From positions 1,950,001 to 1,982,000 of the forward strand of contig NZ_CP080507.1 in assembly GCF_019464535.1 (NCBI RefSeq): a DNA stretch of 32,000 nucleotides, written 5' to 3'. The translations under genes and the position numbers were made by a program. Positions 28,712-32,000 of the stretch are shown one piece after another. This stretch comes from Horticoccus luteus. GTDB taxonomy: Bacteria; Verrucomicrobiota; Verrucomicrobiia; Opitutales; Opitutaceae. Below the pieces are notes generated by a model, which saw nothing but the letters and a program-made list of their open reading frames with translations, made no database searches and had not been told where the DNA came from. The number at the start of each line of letters is the position of its first letter. The stretch's first letter is position 1.

Positions 28712-29023
28712 TCAGCCTTGTTTGGCGGGCGCGTCTTTGCCTTTGCAGGAGTCTTTCGCTTTGCAGGATTCCTTGGCCTTGCAGGACTCTTTCGCTTTGC
28801 AGGAGGCCTTGTCTTTACCGTCCTTGGCAGCGTCGGCCTTGGCCGGATCCGCTTTCGCAGAGCAGCCATCCTTGCCGTTGCAGGACATTTTGTCGCTGGC
28901 GTGCTCGGCCGTGGCCGGCTGGCCGGGAGCCGCTTCGGCGGAAAAGGCGCGTGGGGTCGAAGCGCCGGCGTAAATGCCCGCAAGGGCGGCGACGGCGAGG
29001 AGAGTTTTGGCGTGGTTCGTCAT
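28712..29023 (-). CDS. Secreted Lys/Cys-rich repeat peptide, putative RiPP (bufferin/oxazolin-like) precursor
   Basis: 103 aa. Signal peptide MTNHAKTLLAVAALAGIYAGA. Six Cys at positions 48, 54, 75, 81, 87 and 93, and four consecutive SCK[AG]K[EDED] hexapeptides. First gene of the DUF692 operon. Confidence 0.75.
   Translation of the reverse strand: MTNHAKTLLAVAALAGIYAGASTPRAFSAEAAPGQPATAEHASDKMSCNGKDGCSAKADPAKADAAKDGKDKASCKAKESCKAKESCKAKDSCKGKDAPAKQG
28733..28804 (-). repeat. Four tandem 18-nt coding repeats (TCCTGCAARGSNAARGAN), each encoding S-C-K-[A/G]-K-[D/E]
   Basis: Direct reading of the minus strand gives tcctgcaaagcgaaagag / tcctgcaaggccaaggaa / tcctgcaaagcgaaagac / tcctgcaaaggcaaagac. 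Confidence 0.9.
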
Positions 29024-29214
29024 ATAGTCGAGAACGGGAACTGAAGAGCGTCGGTCGCCGCCGCCCAGGAGGGCAGCGAGGAAGCGCCGACGGGATAGGA
29101 GAACGCATAAATGCTTCTATTCCCACAATTTTTGACCGCCGCGTCGTCGTGGCTGGGGTGGGCTGTCAAAATTTCATTTGGTCAACGCGCCGGGTGCGCG
29201 TTTTATTACGCCGC

Positions 29215-30033
29215 ATGGCAGACTCCGAACTTCACTCCCGCATTGCGCAGGGCCGGCGGGCAGTGCTCGCCCAAACCGACCTCTTACACGAAGGGTTTGG
29301 GCGGGTGGCCAGCCAGTGGAAAACAGATGGGACGCGCGTGACCGCGGTGGATCTGGCGATCTCCGAAAACATCATGCGCGCGGTGCAGGCGGAGTTTGAT
29401 GATGATTTTTTCAGCGAGGAGCTGACGCTGGCGAGTGGACCGGTGCCGCTGACCAAACGTTTCGCGTGGGTGCTCGATCCGATCGATGGCACCAATAATT
29501 TCGTGACCGGGCTCGCGCATTGCGCCATTTCGCTGGCGCTGCTCGACGCCGGCGAACCGGTTTATGGATTCGTTTATGACTTATCGCGCCGCACGTTGAT
29601 CGAGGGCGGACCGGGTTTCGGAGTTTCGGATGGCGAGCGGCGGACGGAAGTGGTGCAGACGGTCCCCGACCCGCAGAGCTTGATCGGATTTCACAGCCCA
29701 TATGACCGGAACTTCGCGCGACATGCAGCGGTGCTGGCGGAGAACTTCAAGATTCGCGCACTCGGCAGCAGCACCTTGCACCTGGCCTACGTGGCGACGG
29801 GCGCACTCGCCGGCGTGGTGGACCACAACGTGAAGATATGGGATATCGCGGCAGCGGTGGCGTTGTTGCGAGGCGCGGGTGGAGAAATTGCGTTTCTCAA
29901 CGGCGAACAACTTCCGCTGCGCCACTTCGATTTGCACATGGGCCGCATCTTCTACGTTGCGGGCAACGCGGCGATGACGACGCGGCTGCGACAACTGATG
30001 GCGTGCGGATCGCAGGACGTTGGTCAGACCTGA
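29215..30033 (+). CDS. Inositol monophosphatase family protein (SuhB/CysQ-like)
   Basis: 272 aa from MADSELHS. Motifs FSEE, WVLDPIDGTNNF and WDIAAAVALLRGAGG. The upstream part of the track ORF lies in the intergenic/antisense region. Confidence 0.85.
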   Translation: MADSELHSRIAQGRRAVLAQTDLLHEGFGRVASQWKTDGTRVTAVDLAISENIMRAVQAEFDDDFFSEELTLASGPVPLTKRFAWVLDPIDGTNNFVTGLAHCAISLALLDAGEPVYGFVYDLSRRTLIEGGPGFGVSDGERRTEVVQTVPDPQSLIGFHSPYDRNFARHAAVLAENFKIRALGSSTLHLAYVATGALAGVVDHNVKIWDIAAAVALLRGAGGEIAFLNGEQLPLRHFDLHMGRIFYVAGNAAMTTRLRQLMACGSQDVGQT

Positions 30034-31382
30034 TACGTTTGCAGGGGCACGGGATCGAGCACCCGCGCGTTGGGCATCAGAGTGGCGAGTTGCTCGGCGA
30101 ACCACGCGCGGGCAGGCGGATCGCCATGAGTGAGGACGACGCTGCGCGCACCCGTCTGGACCGCGAACTCGACGAGCTGCTCGCGATCCGCATGTCCGGA
30201 GAGTTCGAAGCGCTCGATGCGGGCCTTCACCTTCGCTTTAACGTGCACCGTCTCGAAAAGAAACGTGTCTCCGGGCTTGGCGAGCTGGAGCTGGCCGCCG
30301 GGGGTGTCGGGATCGCAGTAGCCGACGAAGCCAATCGTGTTGCGCGCGTGACCGACCATGCCGGAGGCCAGGGTGTAGCTGGGCGTGCGCTCCACGAGCA
30401 TGCCCGAGCTGATGATGTAGAGCGCGTTTTGCTGGGGATCTTCGCCGGCGTTCAACTTGCGCGGCGTGGGCTTGATTTTGAGCTCTTTTATGATGCCCCG
30501 GTTGAACTGCACGTGCTTGGTCTTGCGGCTGATTTCGTCGAAGTAGTCGGCCAAGTCCATCCCGAGTCCGGACGCGTAAATCGGACATTCGATGAGCCGG
30601 CCGAACTTTCGCGCGTCGTAGATGATCGTGAGAATTTCCTGCATGCGGCCGAGCGCGAAGACGGGGATCACGAACGATCCGCCGCGTTGAATGGTGTCGT
30701 TGATGCTTTTCACGAGGCGGTCCAGCTCCGCGCTGCGGCTTTTGTCGGCCGGGCGCTCAGTGGTGCCGCGGGTCGTCTCGGTGACGAGGGTGTCAAAATG
30801 CCCAGCGGGAAACTCCGCACCTTTCAAGGTGCGTTGGTCATCGAAGAGAACGTCGCCGGTAAAGAAGATGGCGCGATGTTTGTGGCGAAGTTCGACGCCG
30901 GCGGCACCGGCGACATGCCCGGCGCGATGAAGAATGATTTCGATTTCATCTTTCGCCGTGTGAAACTTCTTGGCGTGCCCGAACGGCAACCCGACAAAGC
31001 GCTTCGCGCACCGGTCGATTTCCTCGTGCGTGAAGAGCGGATAGTCGGGAATGTTTTCATCTTCGCGCTGACGCAGCATCACGCTGGCCGAATTATGCAG
31101 CATGCGTTCGATGATGATCCGGCTCGAGGTGGTCATGAGCACCGGCGTATCCGGGTGCTCTCGCATCACGACGGGCAGACTGCCGATGTGATCGAGATGG
31201 CAGTGCGTGATGATGATCAAATCCAGAGTGACGCCTCGGAGCGGTGCCAAATCCGGCGAGGCAAGACGCCCGACTTTTTTCGGATTGAGTCCGGAATCGA
31301 TCAGGATGTTGAGGTCGCCAATTTGGACGAAGAGGGAATTGGCGCCAATGCCGCCGTCACGGTTCAAGTCAGTAAGCTTCAT
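30024..31382 (-). CDS. MBL-fold beta-CASP family hydrolase (RNA-metabolising metallo-beta-lactamase)
   Basis: HxHxDH motif (ITHCHLDHIGSLP), beta-CASP region and a C-terminal HGD motif (VLTHGDP). Start taken at MKLTDL (alternative 31406). Confidence 0.85.
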   Translation of the reverse strand: MKLTDLNRDGGIGANSLFVQIGDLNILIDSGLNPKKVGRLASPDLAPLRGVTLDLIIITHCHLDHIGSLPVVMREHPDTPVLMTTSSRIIIERMLHNSASVMLRQREDENIPDYPLFTHEEIDRCAKRFVGLPFGHAKKFHTAKDEIEIILHRAGHVAGAAGVELRHKHRAIFFTGDVLFDDQRTLKGAEFPAGHFDTLVTETTRGTTERPADKSRSAELDRLVKSINDTIQRGGSFVIPVFALGRMQEILTIIYDARKFGRLIECPIYASGLGMDLADYFDEISRKTKHVQFNRGIIKELKIKPTPRKLNAGEDPQQNALYIISSGMLVERTPSYTLASGMVGHARNTIGFVGYCDPDTPGGQLQLAKPGDTFLFETVHVKAKVKARIERFELSGHADREQLVEFAVQTGARSVVLTHGDPPARAWFAEQLATLMPNARVLDPVPLQTYQV

Positions 31383-31431
31383 GTGCTGCCGCGAAGAGAG
31401 CGGCAAACCGCCACGAGAACCAGTTCGATTT

Positions 31432-31821
31432 TCAGGCGTCGTGCGGAATCACGAGGTCAAACGGGGGCAGCACCACGTGGACGCGCCGGTTCATTTCATC
31501 GACGCCGTGAAAGCTGCCGAAGGCGCGCGCGGCACATCCGGTGACGTGGTAGCTGTTGTAGGAGAATTGCTCGCCCGGGGGCAGGCGCGGCGTTTCGCCG
31601 ACGATGCGATCTCCCTCAATCACAAGGCGCGTGCCGTCGCTTTGTTCGATAATCCACTTGCGGCCCAGCAGTGTCACGGTGCGGGGTGAGCGATTTTGAA
31701 TCGTGATGAAGTAGACGAACGCGTGCGGCTTGTCGGCGGGCAGACTCGCGCCGCCGTGATGGTAGCAAAGTTTGTCCAGATGGGCGGTAAGCCCGGGCAC
31801 GTGTTCAGAGCTGCAAGACAC
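31432..31821 (-). CDS. apaG: ApaG (DUF525) protein
   Basis: FVYFITIQNRSPRTVTLLGRKWIIEQSDGTRLVIEGDRIVGETPRLPPGEQFSYNS matches the ApaG pattern in a protein of about 125-130 aa. Confidence 0.85.
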   Translation of the reverse strand: MSCSSEHVPGLTAHLDKLCYHHGGASLPADKPHAFVYFITIQNRSPRTVTLLGRKWIIEQSDGTRLVIEGDRIVGETPRLPPGEQFSYNSYHVTGCAARAFGSFHGVDEMNRRVHVVLPPFDLVIPHDA

Positions 31822-31930
31822 GCTGGATACCAGAACTCAGAAACGCGGGCGAGCAAGTGGCGAGCGGTGATGCGGGATGAAAGACAAAGGACTTGCTGCG
31901 CATGGCGGTCGCGCGCAAAACCCAGCACCT

Positions 31931-32000
31931 ATGGCGAAATTCGCTCTCCTTTCCGTTAGCGACAAGAGTGGCCTGGCGGCTTTTGCGACGAAGCTGGTGC
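31931..32000 (+). CDS. purH: 5' end of bifunctional AICAR transformylase/IMP cyclohydrolase (partial, runs off the window)
   Basis: ATG at 31931 followed by MAKFALLSVSDKSGLAAFATKLV, the MGS-like N-terminus typical of PurH (LxSVSDKxGLxxFA). Only 23 codons are visible. Confidence 0.55.
   Translation, partial: MAKFALLSVSDKSGLAAFATKLV

Noticed and set aside
28402-28983. Alternative ORFs (193 aa minus, 121 aa and 217 aa plus) overlapping the precursor gene region
   Set aside because: They cross the DUF692 start and the hairpin spacer. The 103-aa frame alone has a signal peptide, periodic Cys repeats and the correct operon position.
29101-29124. ECF-like promoter GGGAAT-N13-CGTTC on the minus strand upstream of the precursor gene
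   Set aside because: The spacer is about 3-4 nt shorter than the N16-17 typical of ECF -35/-10 elements, so I do not claim it as a promoter.
29838-31544. 568-aa plus-strand ORF opposite the beta-CASP hydrolase and apaG
   Set aside because: It spans two minus-strand genes and their spacer. The minus frame has the HxHxDH motif, and the plus frame has no motifs.

Overview
High-GC (roughly 63-65% by eye) bacterial chromosomal segment, densely coding on both strands. The gene content (PEP-CTERM protein, several ECF sigma factors) suggests a Verrucomicrobiota/Opitutales-like genome, but that is inference only. Most of the window is housekeeping: acs, mpl, ogt coupled to an ada-alkA fusion, a YqeY-like gene, ffh, an AsnC regulator plus aminotransferase, der and fmt. 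There is also a LysM protein-parB-secG-LolA-like-HAD run, an orphan MalK-like ABC ATPase, a tandem-RHH protein, an aspartate aminotransferase, a DGPF + ECF42-type sigma pair and a PhyH dioxygenase/AraC pair. The rest is one tRNA(CAT), an IMPase, a beta-CASP nuclease, apaG and the first codons of purH. The stand-out is a tightly packed six-gene minus-strand operon (25054-29023). It encodes, in order, a Sec-signal Lys/Cys-rich hexapeptide-repeat peptide, DUF692 (MNIO/MbnB-like), DUF2063 (MbnC/HvfC-like partner), DoxX, an ECF sigma and an anti-sigma. This looks like a bufferin/oxazolin-type periplasmic RiPP metallophore locus with an atypical repeat precursor and built-in ECF control. No CRISPR array, rRNA, transposase or integrase was seen. 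Many long ORFs in the track are antisense artefacts of the high GC content.
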